A stretch of DNA of 64,000 nucleotides, from the IMG/VR virus record IMGVR_UViG_3300025137_004926, one strand, 5' to 3'. Shown piece by piece: positions 9,392 through 18,953 of the stretch (its first letter is position 1; each line of letters starts with the position of its first letter). Made by a program: the position numbers and the translations under genes. The notes under the pieces were generated by a model. It saw nothing but the letters and a program-made list of their open reading frames with translations. It had not been told where the DNA came from and did no database searches. This DNA comes from a virus.

Positions 9392-10461
9392 AATTTCTCT
9401 CTGCTATTGTGTGATAGAACTTTTTTAAGTGCTAGTTTAGAACTTACACCATCAAATTGCAAATTGCAATGGTCGTTGCCATAGCATATCGTATCTTCTG
9501 GTAATCTCCATAAGAAATCTATTGCATTTTGATGACTTTGTTTACTTGTCTTTAGTAGGTTACTTGGTATTCTTTTTAATGCACCGTCCCACCATATCAT
9601 TCCTTGCCCATTAGTGTCAATAGAACTAATATCTTTTATATTCATTCTATGCCACTTATGATTTAAACTTTTATATTTGTTCCAGTGTTCTTGCCATTTG
9701 TCTCCGAAATGATTCTGTACATCTTCCCATACGACTTTCCATTTTCTATCTTCACTAGTAAATTTCTTTCTATTCCAAAGTGACATGCTAGGAAATTTAT
9801 TGTTAAGATGTTCTATCCATGATTCAAAATCATTTCCATCCCAATTTTCAATAGTATACTTGTGAACATGAAGACTTATCTTTGAGATATCGACATGATG
9901 TATTACAGACTTCTCATTAAACCCATGATGGTCTAATATACAGTTAATGAAAAATCCACTGCTTACTGTTATTGCCCAATCAACTGGTTTAGTTATATCT
10001 CCGTAGTTTGGTATTTCATTGTGCATTAGATATGTAATATTGCTATCATCAATTAAACTTGTTAAAATAGTATCATGGCTATTGTAGAATTCTTCTGCAC
10101 TATCTGTGTTTAACTTATGAATAAACTTTGCTTCTATGTGGGTTGTGCCGTCGCCCAATGGCTTATGAAACCAAACGTCATCACTAAAATGTATATACTC
10201 ATGCTTTGATGCTTCAATCATTTTTTTATAATGATGCTCGTATGCACCCCATAAGAATATAGTTCCAGCATTGACAACCATAACAATATCGTAATCATGC
10301 AAGTATGTGTAACTGTCCATTACATAATAATCAACTTGGTTTTCTGTTGGTAATCTATTGCATTCTTGATAGTCTAAACTTAATTGTGTATAATTTAGAG
10401 CAATCTTATCAAAATGGTCATCGCCACTTCTAAGTACAACGATTGCATATTTTAATAACAT
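9373..10461 (-). CDS. hypothetical protein
   Basis: 362-aa ORF translationally coupled within the cluster. Confidence 0.75.
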   Translation of the reverse strand: MLLKYAIVVLRSGDDHFDKIALNYTQLSLDYQECNRLPTENQVDYYVMDSYTYLHDYDIVMVVNAGTIFLWGAYEHHYKKMIEASKHEYIHFSDDVWFHKPLGDGTTHIEAKFIHKLNTDSAEEFYNSHDTILTSLIDDSNITYLMHNEIPNYGDITKPVDWAITVSSGFFINCILDHHGFNEKSVIHHVDISKISLHVHKYTIENWDGNDFESWIEHLNNKFPSMSLWNRKKFTSEDRKWKVVWEDVQNHFGDKWQEHWNKYKSLNHKWHRMNIKDISSIDTNGQGMIWWDGALKRIPSNLLKTSKQSHQNAIDFLWRLPEDTICYGNDHCNLQFDGVSSKLALKKVLSHNSREKLWTDKI

Positions 10462-11174
10462 TATAATCTTTCATCTATTTTATCAAAATTATAATAAGCA
10501 ATATGAGTGTCTAACGAAACATCTCTACTAGGATCTTTCTTTTCAAAGAAATAACCCTCTATACTTTTTATAAATCTATTTTGACTATCAGTTATATCCC
10601 AATAATCTTTCCAATGCTTACTGGTTGCAGTATGAATTGTTAAGTTTCTATTAAATATCCATTGTCTTGCATCTTTAGTTTCTTCTTTTATATATTCACG
10701 TGCAGTTTGTTCATCTTTATAGTAACCATGATACTTTGGATAAGTTATATCAAACCCACCTGCACCAAACCAACCTTTATAACAACTTTCTATAGGTCTG
10801 AACACTATTATAATCTTACTCTTAGGAAATGTCTCTGCAATAAAATCTAAGTTGTTTGATATCATATGTGATTTTACAATTCTGTAATCAGTTCTTTTTT
10901 CTTCTTTCCAGGCTTTATCTATTTCATTTAATATTTCTTGTTTTGAGAACTTATTAATCTCATGCCAACCTTCACCGAACTCCATGCCCGTGCCAAAGTA
11001 ACTTCCTAGATGTTGTGCTTTATTAAATTTAGTTGGATGTGTATATTCTCTATCTTCATTTCTATCAGTAGTATTGATGTCAATCTTTTTTGTCATAGAC
11101 AACACATTACTTACTGCACTCCATTTACTTCCAGGAGCACCTGTAAAAAATATAAGTTTACTTTCATCTATCAT
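10461..11174 (-). CDS. P-loop/sulfotransferase-like protein (TGAPGSKWS family)
   Basis: TGAPGSKWS, IVKSH, GGFDITYPKY shared with 8690-9391 (GGWDISYPHY). Confidence 0.5.
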   Translation of the reverse strand: MIDESKLIFFTGAPGSKWSAVSNVLSMTKKIDINTTDRNEDREYTHPTKFNKAQHLGSYFGTGMEFGEGWHEINKFSKQEILNEIDKAWKEEKRTDYRIVKSHMISNNLDFIAETFPKSKIIIVFRPIESCYKGWFGAGGFDITYPKYHGYYKDEQTAREYIKEETKDARQWIFNRNLTIHTATSKHWKDYWDITDSQNRFIKSIEGYFFEKKDPSRDVSLDTHIAYYNFDKIDERL

Positions 11175-11931
11175 TCAAGAACCTTTTTATACCTTTATAG
11201 TTTACATAGTTTTTATCTATTTCATATATGTTTGATGAATTTATATAACGTGAGGGTAGATAACGTCTTTTCCACATATTCATTCTTATAATGTCGTGTA
11301 TATGCATAGAGTACTCAATGTGATGTTTATCATTGAACTTCAATTTATATTTATCCCAAGACCAAATATCTCGTATTGTGAAATCAGAGCCTATCTCTTT
11401 GGCGATTGTTCTTAGCTTTTTCCCATATTCTGTATTTTCTCCACCTAGCCATTTCATTTTAAGAAATCCAGGAAACACCGCAGTTGTTCGCAAGTATCGT
11501 TCGCCTGTTGTATATTCATCATCTATCAAATTTAATACTTTTGCATTAGGAAATCTTTTTAGTAATTTCTCTGGCAATTCGTGTGTGCATATAATAATTC
11601 TATTCTTTTTGATTATCGCATGGCCACCCATCTTTTCGAAGCGTGGGTAAAAGAACCTAGTATAGTAATGTTCCTCATCTGGTATAAAATCTTTTACATA
11701 ATCATGTATTGGCGGCAAGGAACCATTAGGTACTAGTCTATCAAAATGATAGCGACTTATATGCCGTTGTCGTATATCTGAATTTTTAAAATAAACATTC
11801 CATGGGTTAGTACCGTTATCTTTATGACTATACCAATATACATCAGGTAAGCAAGACAATACTCTCCCTAATTTATGTCCACCACATCCCTGTTCAAATG
11901 ATATGAATATAATTCTACTTTCGTCCAACAT
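11164..11931 (-). CDS. hypothetical protein, possible sulfotransferase-like fold
   Basis: IIFISFEQGCGGHKLGRVL N-terminal Gly-rich loop; CTH..FPNAKVLN. Confidence 0.4.
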   Translation of the reverse strand: MLDESRIIFISFEQGCGGHKLGRVLSCLPDVYWYSHKDNGTNPWNVYFKNSDIRQRHISRYHFDRLVPNGSLPPIHDYVKDFIPDEEHYYTRFFYPRFEKMGGHAIIKKNRIIICTHELPEKLLKRFPNAKVLNLIDDEYTTGERYLRTTAVFPGFLKMKWLGGENTEYGKKLRTIAKEIGSDFTIRDIWSWDKYKLKFNDKHHIEYSMHIHDIIRMNMWKRRYLPSRYINSSNIYEIDKNYVNYKGIKRFLNDR

Positions 11932-12613
11932 AGTAGAACATACCTTCCTTGTTTTGTACTAAATCTCCAGTAGCAAACCAATCATCATAAACACATATGT
12001 CACCTTTTACATATAATTCACCAGCGACAATCTTTGTATCACAATAAGTTTTACTACCCATTATTGTTTCTGTTGTCTGTACTTTTATACCAGGTACAAA
12101 TGTTCTATTGATTGCAACTGGACCAACTTCTGTCATGCCCCAATTAACAATAAAGATTGCACCTCTATCAATAAAGTTTTGTATAATGCCACTTTGTACT
12201 CTGTCACTGCCACACATAATGATTTTATCTTCTAGGTTTAGACTATCGAAACTCTTTGTCTTCATTATCGCTCTTGCCATATCAGGTGTTAAGTGACTGT
12301 GCGTAAAATCTTTTATCTTTCTTACCCAAGAAAATGCATTAAACTTTTCTACTTCAATTTCTGCATTGACTTCATAACCTGGTAATGTTTGTGCCAGTAA
12401 TCCACCTGCATGTTTTAATGTACATACAGTTAATATCTTGCTGTCCTTATCTATGCCTTGTACTTCTCTAGCAATAGCATTTGCATATCTTAACTTTTCT
12501 GGTGGTTGAAATATATTCTTAGGAGTACCTGTTGAACCACTGCTTTGTAGTATACAGCCTTCCATAATCATTTCATCGAATTCGTTTTTAATTATATTGT
12601 CTTCTAATTTCAT
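11915..12613 (-). CDS. truncated ANL adenylation (AMP-binding) enzyme
   Basis: SSGSTGTPK, WGMTE, ATGD, YVGRK; lacks the C-terminal subdomain. Confidence 0.8.
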   Translation of the reverse strand: MKLEDNIIKNEFDEMIMEGCILQSSGSTGTPKNIFQPPEKLRYANAIAREVQGIDKDSKILTVCTLKHAGGLLAQTLPGYEVNAEIEVEKFNAFSWVRKIKDFTHSHLTPDMARAIMKTKSFDSLNLEDKIIMCGSDRVQSGIIQNFIDRGAIFIVNWGMTEVGPVAINRTFVPGIKVQTTETIMGSKTYCDTKIVAGELYVKGDICVYDDWFATGDLVQNKEGMFYYVGRK

Positions 12614-13127
12614 TATATTTTTCTACGTTTAATATCCATGTATTTTGTTTAACACTAAAAACTTCACTTACACCTAAGTTTTTAACTAGTTCTATCTTTT
12701 CTAAATGATAAAATGTTTTATCAATTCTATTCATCTTTCCACTTGCATCATGTTCAGTATTTGTTGTGATGTAAATGAATAGATTATTTAAATCTGTTTC
12801 TTTGCTTGATGCATAATCTATTTGATATGGTAACTGACTATGAAAACAATAACTTTGCATGTGGTATCTATTCAGACCTATCTTTTTACTTTCAGTCTGT
12901 GCACCTCTAAACAACGCTCTCCAACCATTAGCCCATGGATGTATTCCACTGACACTAACCATACGTTCATCTACATAGGTTGCATGCCACATGCCACCTT
13001 GTTCCAAACACCATTCAAACTTCATATCTTCTAACGTAGAATTGTTATTGAAGCCTTTTACTTCACATGCTTTTAGAAAGTTTTCAAGTTCGGGTGTTAC
13101 TGTATGTAGTTCCTTAGTAATAATCAT
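12588..13127 (-). CDS. GNAT-like acyltransferase candidate (paralog of 54107-54721)
   Basis: LENFLKAC..NNSTL..MKF, VSVSGIH, VKQNTW align by eye with the 54107 product; ATG at 13127. Confidence 0.45.
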   Translation of the reverse strand: MIITKELHTVTPELENFLKACEVKGFNNNSTLEDMKFEWCLEQGGMWHATYVDERMVSVSGIHPWANGWRALFRGAQTESKKIGLNRYHMQSYCFHSQLPYQIDYASSKETDLNNLFIYITTNTEHDASGKMNRIDKTFYHLEKIELVKNLGVSEVFSVKQNTWILNVEKYNEIRRQYN

Positions 13128-13153
13128 GCTTGACAATCTATTTATATACTCAT

Positions 13154-13182
13154 ATTATACATGATAAATAACATGAAGTCAA
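13154..13182 (-). promoter_or_regulatory. sigma70 promoter for the minus-strand cluster, followed by TATAAATA (13139-13146, minus strand)
   Basis: reverse complement reads TTGACT-17 bp-TATAAT. Confidence 0.7.
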
Positions 13183-13189
13183 TAGAAAA

Positions 13190-13264
13190 GCGGGCGTAAC
13201 TCAGTGGTAGAGTCCCTCGTTGCCAACGAGGTTGTCGTGAGTTCGAATCTCATCGCCCGCTCCA
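13190..13264 (+). tRNA. tRNA-Gly(GCC)
   Basis: GCGGGCG/CGCCCGC stem, CCTCG-TT-GCC-AA-CGAGG, CCA. Confidence 0.95.
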
Positions 13265-13271
13265 AATCTAT

Positions 13272-13347
13272 GGGGCATTAGCTCAGTTGGGAGAGCGCCT
13301 GATTTGCATTCAGGAGGTCGTGGGTTCGACTCCCTCATGCTCCACCA
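13272..13347 (+). tRNA. tRNA-Ala(TGC)
   Basis: GGGGCAT/ATGCTCC stem with G3:U70, CCTGA-TT-TGC-AT-TCAGG, CCA. Confidence 0.95.
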
Positions 13348-13367
13348 TAACATAAAGGAGAGGTAAT

Positions 13368-13562
13368 ATGGTATGGATCTTAATATGGTTGCAGTTGTCG
13401 GCAGGACAATCAATGCAATATTATCACGTAGACACATTTAGTACAGTAGATGAATGTATAGAAGAACTAAGGAAAGCAGTTGTTCTAAAAAACCACAAAA
13501 ATACAGCAATAGACTGTCTTCCTATACAAACAACAAGAGAAGTTAAAATAGATGTCAAATAA
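13368..13562 (+). CDS. small hypothetical protein
   Basis: strong AGGAGAGG SD; hydrophobic N-terminus, two Cys. Confidence 0.65.
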   Translation: MVWILIWLQLSAGQSMQYYHVDTFSTVDECIEELRKAVVLKNHKNTAIDCLPIQTTREVKIDVK

Positions 13563-13623
13563 GCATTGACTTCTATTACTAAAGTATGCTATAATAAAAG
13601 ATAGTAATCATATATGATTATTA

Positions 13624-13713
13624 GGAAGAGTGGCAGAGCGGTTGAATGCACTGGTCTTGAAAACCAGCAATGGGGAAACTCATTCGAGAGTTCGAATCTC
13701 TCCTCTTCCGCCA
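13624..13713 (+). tRNA. tRNA-Ser(TGA)
   Basis: GGAAGAG/CTCTTCC stem, CTGGT-CT-TGA-AA-ACCAG, long variable arm, CCA; TTGACT...TATAAT promoter upstream (~13566-13595). Confidence 0.95.
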
Positions 13714-13743
13714 AATAGAAGAAATGTCTAAGGAGGACAATTT

Positions 13744-15231
13744 ATGAACATAATATTAATGTTACTATTCGTAGTAGCAGTAGGATTAGTAGCCTACAAG
13801 TCTAAAGGGGATAATTACTTTCTGACAACATCAGATAGCAATATGAACCTTGGGCTTTCTTATGGAGCAACGTTAATTTCAACGTCCGCTATTATAGGAT
13901 TTGGAGGTCTAGCTGGTTGGATTGGATTTTCTATTCCACTCACAATGATTATTCCATTCGTGGGACTTATATATCTTGCAACCGTTTATATTGGTCCAAA
14001 AGTATACAAAGCTAACAAGAAAATTAAAGCCAAAACGTACATTGAAATGATTGGTAAACATTATAATACACCAATGATTTCTAAGTTACTAGCACTTATT
14101 ACTGTGGGGTTAATCCCATTTTATTGTGTGGCAGTTCTTATAGGTGTCGGTAAATTTATTACTGCATTTACAGGGATTGACTTTACTTTAGCAGTAGTTG
14201 GTTTTAGTATTCTAGTTTTTGGAACTATCGCATACGGTGGAATGAGTTCTGTACTTAAAAATGATATGGTACAAGGTATCATTGTTATTGCAGGGTCACT
14301 TGTCGTATTAGCAATTACAGTATTCGTGCATATGCAGGCTCCCGGTTTTTGGGATAACTTATCAGATGCATGGTTACTAGTACCAGAAGGTGATGGATTG
14401 CGTAAACTTAGTTTTACAGGATTTACTAGCTGGCCAGAGTTTTGGTCTAGAGGCTGGTTAATGATTACTACATTATTAGTATTCACTATTCCAGTAGGAC
14501 TTATCACTTTGCCTCAACTACAAACACGTTGGATGATGGCTAAAGATGAAAAGAGTTTTAAAACTATTGCAAATTGGGGTGTTATTATCCCAGGTCTAGC
14601 AATCATAACGTTTATGTTAGCGGCAATTTCTGCCAACTCATATACGTTTGCTACAGAAGGTATGACAGTTGCACAAGCGGCTGGAGGAACTGCTAGTATT
14701 ATTCCTTATTGGATTAAGACAGGGTTCCCAGCATGGGTTTCTAGTGCTTTATTCTTAACTATTTTGGCGGCGGCTTTCACAACTCTTAATAGTTTGATGC
14801 ATTTACTATCAACAACAATAGCCAATGATATTGTATCTACAAAGAAACCAAGTCTTAAAGTAGCATATGGTTCAATGATTGCAGTTATTTTACTAGCACT
14901 TTGGATGACAATTCAATTCAATGGGCAAATGGCAATTATTGCACGTGCAACTGCATTGTATTTTGGTATTATTGGTGCAAGTATGTTACCACTAGTTATT
15001 GGAATGGCAAGAGGACTATCTAATGGTCGTCATGCACTTGCAAGTTTTATTGGTGGTGCAGTAACAAGTATTGGTTGGGTACTATTCGTACACTTCAAAG
15101 AATCAAAGTTGTTTACTGGTATCACATATGATATTGGTGTATATAACTTTGTTGAACCAATAGTTCCTGGTTTAATTATATCTGGTGCAATCTTTATTGC
15201 ACTAACATATCTTAGACCAACAATTAAATAA
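13744..15231 (+). CDS. sodium:solute symporter (SSS family)
   Basis: ~13 TMs; ATLISTSAIIGFGG, YGGMSSVLKNDMVQG, LAAAFTTLNS motifs. Confidence 0.85.
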   Translation: MNIILMLLFVVAVGLVAYKSKGDNYFLTTSDSNMNLGLSYGATLISTSAIIGFGGLAGWIGFSIPLTMIIPFVGLIYLATVYIGPKVYKANKKIKAKTYIEMIGKHYNTPMISKLLALITVGLIPFYCVAVLIGVGKFITAFTGIDFTLAVVGFSILVFGTIAYGGMSSVLKNDMVQGIIVIAGSLVVLAITVFVHMQAPGFWDNLSDAWLLVPEGDGLRKLSFTGFTSWPEFWSRGWLMITTLLVFTIPVGLITLPQLQTRWMMAKDEKSFKTIANWGVIIPGLAIITFMLAAISANSYTFATEGMTVAQAAGGTASIIPYWIKTGFPAWVSSALFLTILAAAFTTLNSLMHLLSTTIANDIVSTKKPSLKVAYGSMIAVILLALWMTIQFNGQMAIIARATALYFGIIGASMLPLVIGMARGLSNGRHALASFIGGAVTSIGWVLFVHFKESKLFTGITYDIGVYNFVEPIVPGLIISGAIFIALTYLRPTIK

Positions 15232-15237
15232 AGAAAT

Positions 15238-15265
15238 AATGCTCTCCTAGAAATAGGGGAGCATT
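15238..15265 (+). terminator. hairpin terminator (GAAA loop)
   Basis: AATGCTCTCCTA-GAAA-TAGGGGAGCATT. Confidence 0.65.
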
Positions 15266-15269
15266 TCCA

Positions 15270-15277
15270 TATAAATA
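15270..15277 (+). promoter_or_regulatory. T4-type late promoter TATAAATA
   Basis: exact T4 late consensus upstream of iscU; the ATAAATA core recurs at many gene starts. Confidence 0.6.
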
Positions 15278-15304
15278 CTATTATATAATCACACAGGAAA
15301 TATT

Positions 15305-15712
15305 ATGGCTTATTCAGAAAAAGTGTTAGACCATTATAATAATCCACGTAACGTAGGTAAATTTGATCCAAAAGATCCTGACATTGGAACAGGCATGGTA
15401 GGTGCACCGGCATGTGGTGATGTTATGCGTTTACAAATAAAAGTAAACGATGAAGGAATTATAGAAGATGCAAAATTTAAAACATACGGATGCGGCAGTG
15501 CTATTGCTAGTTCAAGCATGGTAACAACAATGCTAAAAGGTATGACATTAAATGAAGCACAAGAAATTAAAAATACAACAATAGTTGAAGAACTAGCGTT
15601 ACCTCCAGTTAAGATTCACTGTAGCGTATTGGCAGAAGATGCCATTAAAGCCGCAGTTAGAGACTATGGTGGTAAGCAAGAAATAAACGCAAAGGCGGTT
15701 AGGATAAATTAA
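15305..15712 (+). CDS. iscU: Fe-S scaffold IscU
   Basis: YSEKVLDHYNNPRNVG, GAPACGD, GCGSAIAS, LPPVKIHCS. Confidence 0.97.
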   Translation: MAYSEKVLDHYNNPRNVGKFDPKDPDIGTGMVGAPACGDVMRLQIKVNDEGIIEDAKFKTYGCGSAIASSSMVTTMLKGMTLNEAQEIKNTTIVEELALPPVKIHCSVLAEDAIKAAVRDYGGKQEINAKAVRIN

Positions 15713-16288
15713 ATGGATATTCAGTACTATGAGCGCCCGTTCCCCTATGTAATTATTGATAACTTTTTACCTCAAGAGTTATATAATACAATTAAAGCAA
15801 ATATGAAGAACATGCATAGTGGATTACAGGCACTACCAGAAGCAGTAGAAGTTAGAAATGCATTTGGTAAAGAATTACAGAACATACGTAATAAATTACT
15901 TGAGCAGGTTCCTAATGCATCAGACCAAGAATTGACAGCCAATGACTATATAATATGGGCTAATAGACAAATACCATACAATAAGTATAAAGTTCATATT
16001 GATTCCCCATGGAAAAGATTGTCTACAGTATTATATGTTGGATCATTCAATCAAGGAACGATGTTTCATGAGAATGAAAACCCACACAGTAAAGTAGTAG
16101 GACAAGTAGAATGGAAGGAAAATCGTGCAATGTCATTTGTTCCATCAACTACTAGTTTTCATTCATATGCAAATACTAGAGAATATCATAGAGATACCGT
16201 ATTAATCAATATGGGTTCTATAAAAAATATCAATGAAGCTAAAAATAGTGACGCTTTTCGGCATATTTTTAACCCAAATAATAAGTAG
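15713..16288 (+). CDS. 2OG-Fe(II) oxygenase
   Basis: PFPYVIIDNFLP, HID, SFHSY, R. Confidence 0.75.
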   Translation: MDIQYYERPFPYVIIDNFLPQELYNTIKANMKNMHSGLQALPEAVEVRNAFGKELQNIRNKLLEQVPNASDQELTANDYIIWANRQIPYNKYKVHIDSPWKRLSTVLYVGSFNQGTMFHENENPHSKVVGQVEWKENRAMSFVPSTTSFHSYANTREYHRDTVLINMGSIKNINEAKNSDAFRHIFNPNNK

Positions 16289-16294
16289 AAAAAC

Positions 16295-16322
16295 TTGACA
16301 ATATAGCGAATCGTGTTATAGT
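16295..16322 (+). promoter_or_regulatory. early-type promoter with GAATC in the spacer
   Basis: TTGACA-7 bp-GAATC-gTGt-TATAGT. Confidence 0.8.
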
Positions 16323-16349
16323 ATATACATGATGAAGGAGAACGCTATT

Positions 16350-16820
16350 ATGAATAAGTTTGTTATTGAGACTTCTATTCGTGAAAACTATGCCGCCCAT
16401 AATGACGATTGGGACGGTGTTACGTCATATTGGAAGAATAAAGGTGGTAGCACCTATATTGTTGAAGCAAGTAGTTATGACGAGGCTACTTCTGTTATCG
16501 ATTTAGTTACATCTTCAAACGAAGCATACGAAGAAAACTTCTTTGATTGTTATCAAGTTGAAGATAACTTTGAATCAGAATACGTAAAATCACAAAAAGA
16601 GTATGACCCAAAAGGTTGGGATACCTTGTACCTTGATAATGTTGTTCGTAAGAATGACAAAGGTGATTGGTATATGAAACGAGGTTATATCGTTGGTGGA
16701 TTTCAGGAAGGAACTGACTATGAGCATCTTATTGGCAAGTTTGTTGGTAATGTCGATAACCTTAGTACAGGCGAATGTATCCTTAAAATTGAAGGCGATA
16801 CACGTACAAGTTTAGTTTAA
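16350..16820 (+). CDS. hypothetical (putative early) protein
   Basis: AAGGAG SD before ATG 16350; ENYAAH...YWKNKGGSTY. Confidence 0.7.
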   Translation: MNKFVIETSIRENYAAHNDDWDGVTSYWKNKGGSTYIVEASSYDEATSVIDLVTSSNEAYEENFFDCYQVEDNFESEYVKSQKEYDPKGWDTLYLDNVVRKNDKGDWYMKRGYIVGGFQEGTDYEHLIGKFVGNVDNLSTGECILKIEGDTRTSLV

Positions 16821-16833
16821 TAGGAGGGTAGTA

Positions 16834-17016
16834 ATGATTACATTTACATTTAACGCATATGGTAAGACATTTAAAGCAAAAGCAGAGAAAGGTCTTGATG
16901 TTATGGAGAAAGCAAATAAAGAATTGCTTTGGTCTAATCCTGTATCAAAAGACGGTGCATGGTTTGAAGAAGGTTCAACTGGTTTTAAATGGGTAGAGGG
17001 TAATTTCTTTGACTAA
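16834..17016 (+). CDS. small hypothetical protein
   Basis: AGGAGG SD. Confidence 0.65.
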   Translation: MITFTFNAYGKTFKAKAEKGLDVMEKANKELLWSNPVSKDGAWFEEGSTGFKWVEGNFFD

Positions 17017-17099
17017 GTTTATACAGTACCTTCCCAAAAAATTGCAATATCGTTTAGGATATATAGTAGGAACAATCGAAAGATTTATCGGCTAAAAAC

Positions 17100-17127
17100 T
17101 TGACAAATACACGAATCATGCTATATT
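17100..17127 (+). promoter_or_regulatory. early-type promoter with GAATC in the spacer
   Basis: TTGACA-7 bp-GAATC-aTGc-TATATT. Confidence 0.8.
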
Positions 17128-17158
17128 AGTTAAGTAATCACAAAAAAGGAGCATACAA

Positions 17159-17548
17159 ATGACACAATTTGACAAAACAAAGTTTAGTTATCACGGTGGA
17201 TATTTAATGTATAACGGCACATATGAAGGTCAGCCTACATATGAAGAAGTATATGGAAAGGATAAAATACATCCTTCACGTATTGGTATGCCAGTAGAAC
17301 TATTCATTGCTCGTTTCAAGTATGTGTTCTTTCAAGGTGCTTTTAAGAACTTTTTAGCTAAAAACTTCACAGTTGAAGAATATGCTGAAGGCTACAAAGC
17401 TGGTAAGTCACCTTTAGGTATGTTAGAAGAAAAAGGTTTTATGACACCACAAGCAAAGAAATTGTGTAAACAAAATGGTATGAAGCCTACACAAGAAAAT
17501 TATAAAATTTGTATTCATGCACTAGCAGAAGCAAGGATGGTAGCTTAA
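17159..17548 (+). CDS. hypothetical (putative early) protein
   Basis: AAGGAG SD; FDKTKFSYHGGYLMY..FIARFKY. Confidence 0.7.
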   Translation: MTQFDKTKFSYHGGYLMYNGTYEGQPTYEEVYGKDKIHPSRIGMPVELFIARFKYVFFQGAFKNFLAKNFTVEEYAEGYKAGKSPLGMLEEKGFMTPQAKKLCKQNGMKPTQENYKICIHALAEARMVA

Positions 17549-17739
17549 TGATACATATCTTCAACTCAGCATACCGGGATTCAGACGTAAGAAAGATTCC
17601 ATTGGACGAAGTAAATATTGTTACACAGAATATAAGTGTATATGGTAAACCTTATATATTGTTTGAACATAAGGATTACCCATTAGGTGCCTTACAAGCT
17701 ATATATAATGGCGAACATTGGTCCTGCGACTTAGATTAA
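17548..17739 (+). CDS. small hypothetical protein
   Basis: TAATG coupling to the upstream gene. Confidence 0.6.
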   Translation: MIHIFNSAYRDSDVRKIPLDEVNIVTQNISVYGKPYILFEHKDYPLGALQAIYNGEHWSCDLD

Positions 17740-17769
17740 TACATTATCCCTTAAATATTAATCACAACT

Positions 17770-17796
17770 GACCTACTTCCGAGTGGGTCTTTTTTT
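17770..17796 (+). terminator. intrinsic terminator
   Basis: GACCTACT-TCCG-AGTGGGTC followed by a T-run. Confidence 0.8.
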
Positions 17797-17842
17797 GATT
17801 TAAAGATAAATACACATAGCAGTTAATTATAGGTAGCAAAAT

Positions 17843-18952
17843 ATGAGACTATTCGACTTATTTGAGAACGAAAATACTAATCTTGTTGTGATTTATCCAG
17901 GAAGATTCCACCCATTTCATATAGGACATGGGAAAGTATTCAAGTATCTAAAACAAACGTACAAAGGTGCACAAGTATTTATAGCATCTTCTGATAAAAC
18001 AGACAACCATAAGTCACCTTTTACATTCCAAGAGAAGAAAAAAATGATGCAATTAGCTGGTGTAGACCCTAATTCTATCGTTCAATGTAAAGTTCCTTAT
18101 GTTGCTACAGAGATTACAGATAGATTTGATCCAGATAAAACAGTAATAGTTTATGCAGTATCAGAGAAAGATATGGCAGAAGACCCTAGATTTAACTTTC
18201 CAGACACTGGCATGGCTCTATTAACTAGAGGTGCTAAGAAAGGACAACCTGCTCACATGCAGAAATGGCCTGGTATTGAAAATGCAAAACCATTACGTGA
18301 CCATTCATATATAGCTACTGTTCCTACATTTAAGTTTTCACTTAGAGGAAAAGCAATCAATAGTGCTACACAAATTCGTGATATGATTTCAAAAGCAGAT
18401 GAGTCAACACTAGAACAGATTTTACAAGATTTATATGGTAATCCTAATATTCCAAATGATGTAATGCAGTTGTTTCAAAACAAATTACAAAAAGGTCTTA
18501 CAAATGAAAATTGGGAAGAGCCATCATTATACGAAGCGATAATAGAAGCCCAACTTACACATGATGTTGAAGAAAAGATTACTAAGAGAACACCTATGGG
18601 TGATGTAGTAACAGATTTTTATAAAAGCGATGCTCCTCAATTCAAGGGTAAAAGCAAAGCAAAAAGAAGACAAATGGCTGTAGCGGCCAAACTATCTAAG
18701 ATGGATGAAAAGGGCGATGAAGACTTATTAAAAGGCTTTGACCCAAAAACTGCAAGAGCATTGGTTCATTTAAAAACTAAGTATCCACAAGCTGACAATG
18801 TGTTATCAGCTTTACTGGCAGACGTAGGAAAGAATGAAAGAGACGGTGATAAGGCAGACTATAAACATGAACAAGAACTATCAAAACTAACAAAAGCAAT
18901 AGAAGTATTGCAAAAAGAAATACAAGTTTTGAAGACACAAAAGGGAAAATAA
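17843..18952 (+). CDS. HxGH nucleotidyltransferase (cytidylyltransferase/NMNAT-like) with C-terminal extra modules; putative head-packaged protein
   Basis: YPGRFHPFHIGH, SATQIR; N-terminus MRLFDLFE; ATAAATA at 17806-17812. Confidence 0.75.
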   Translation: MRLFDLFENENTNLVVIYPGRFHPFHIGHGKVFKYLKQTYKGAQVFIASSDKTDNHKSPFTFQEKKKMMQLAGVDPNSIVQCKVPYVATEITDRFDPDKTVIVYAVSEKDMAEDPRFNFPDTGMALLTRGAKKGQPAHMQKWPGIENAKPLRDHSYIATVPTFKFSLRGKAINSATQIRDMISKADESTLEQILQDLYGNPNIPNDVMQLFQNKLQKGLTNENWEEPSLYEAIIEAQLTHDVEEKITKRTPMGDVVTDFYKSDAPQFKGKSKAKRRQMAVAAKLSKMDEKGDEDLLKGFDPKTARALVHLKTKYPQADNVLSALLADVGKNERDGDKADYKHEQELSKLTKAIEVLQKEIQVLKTQKGK

Positions 18953-18953
18953 A

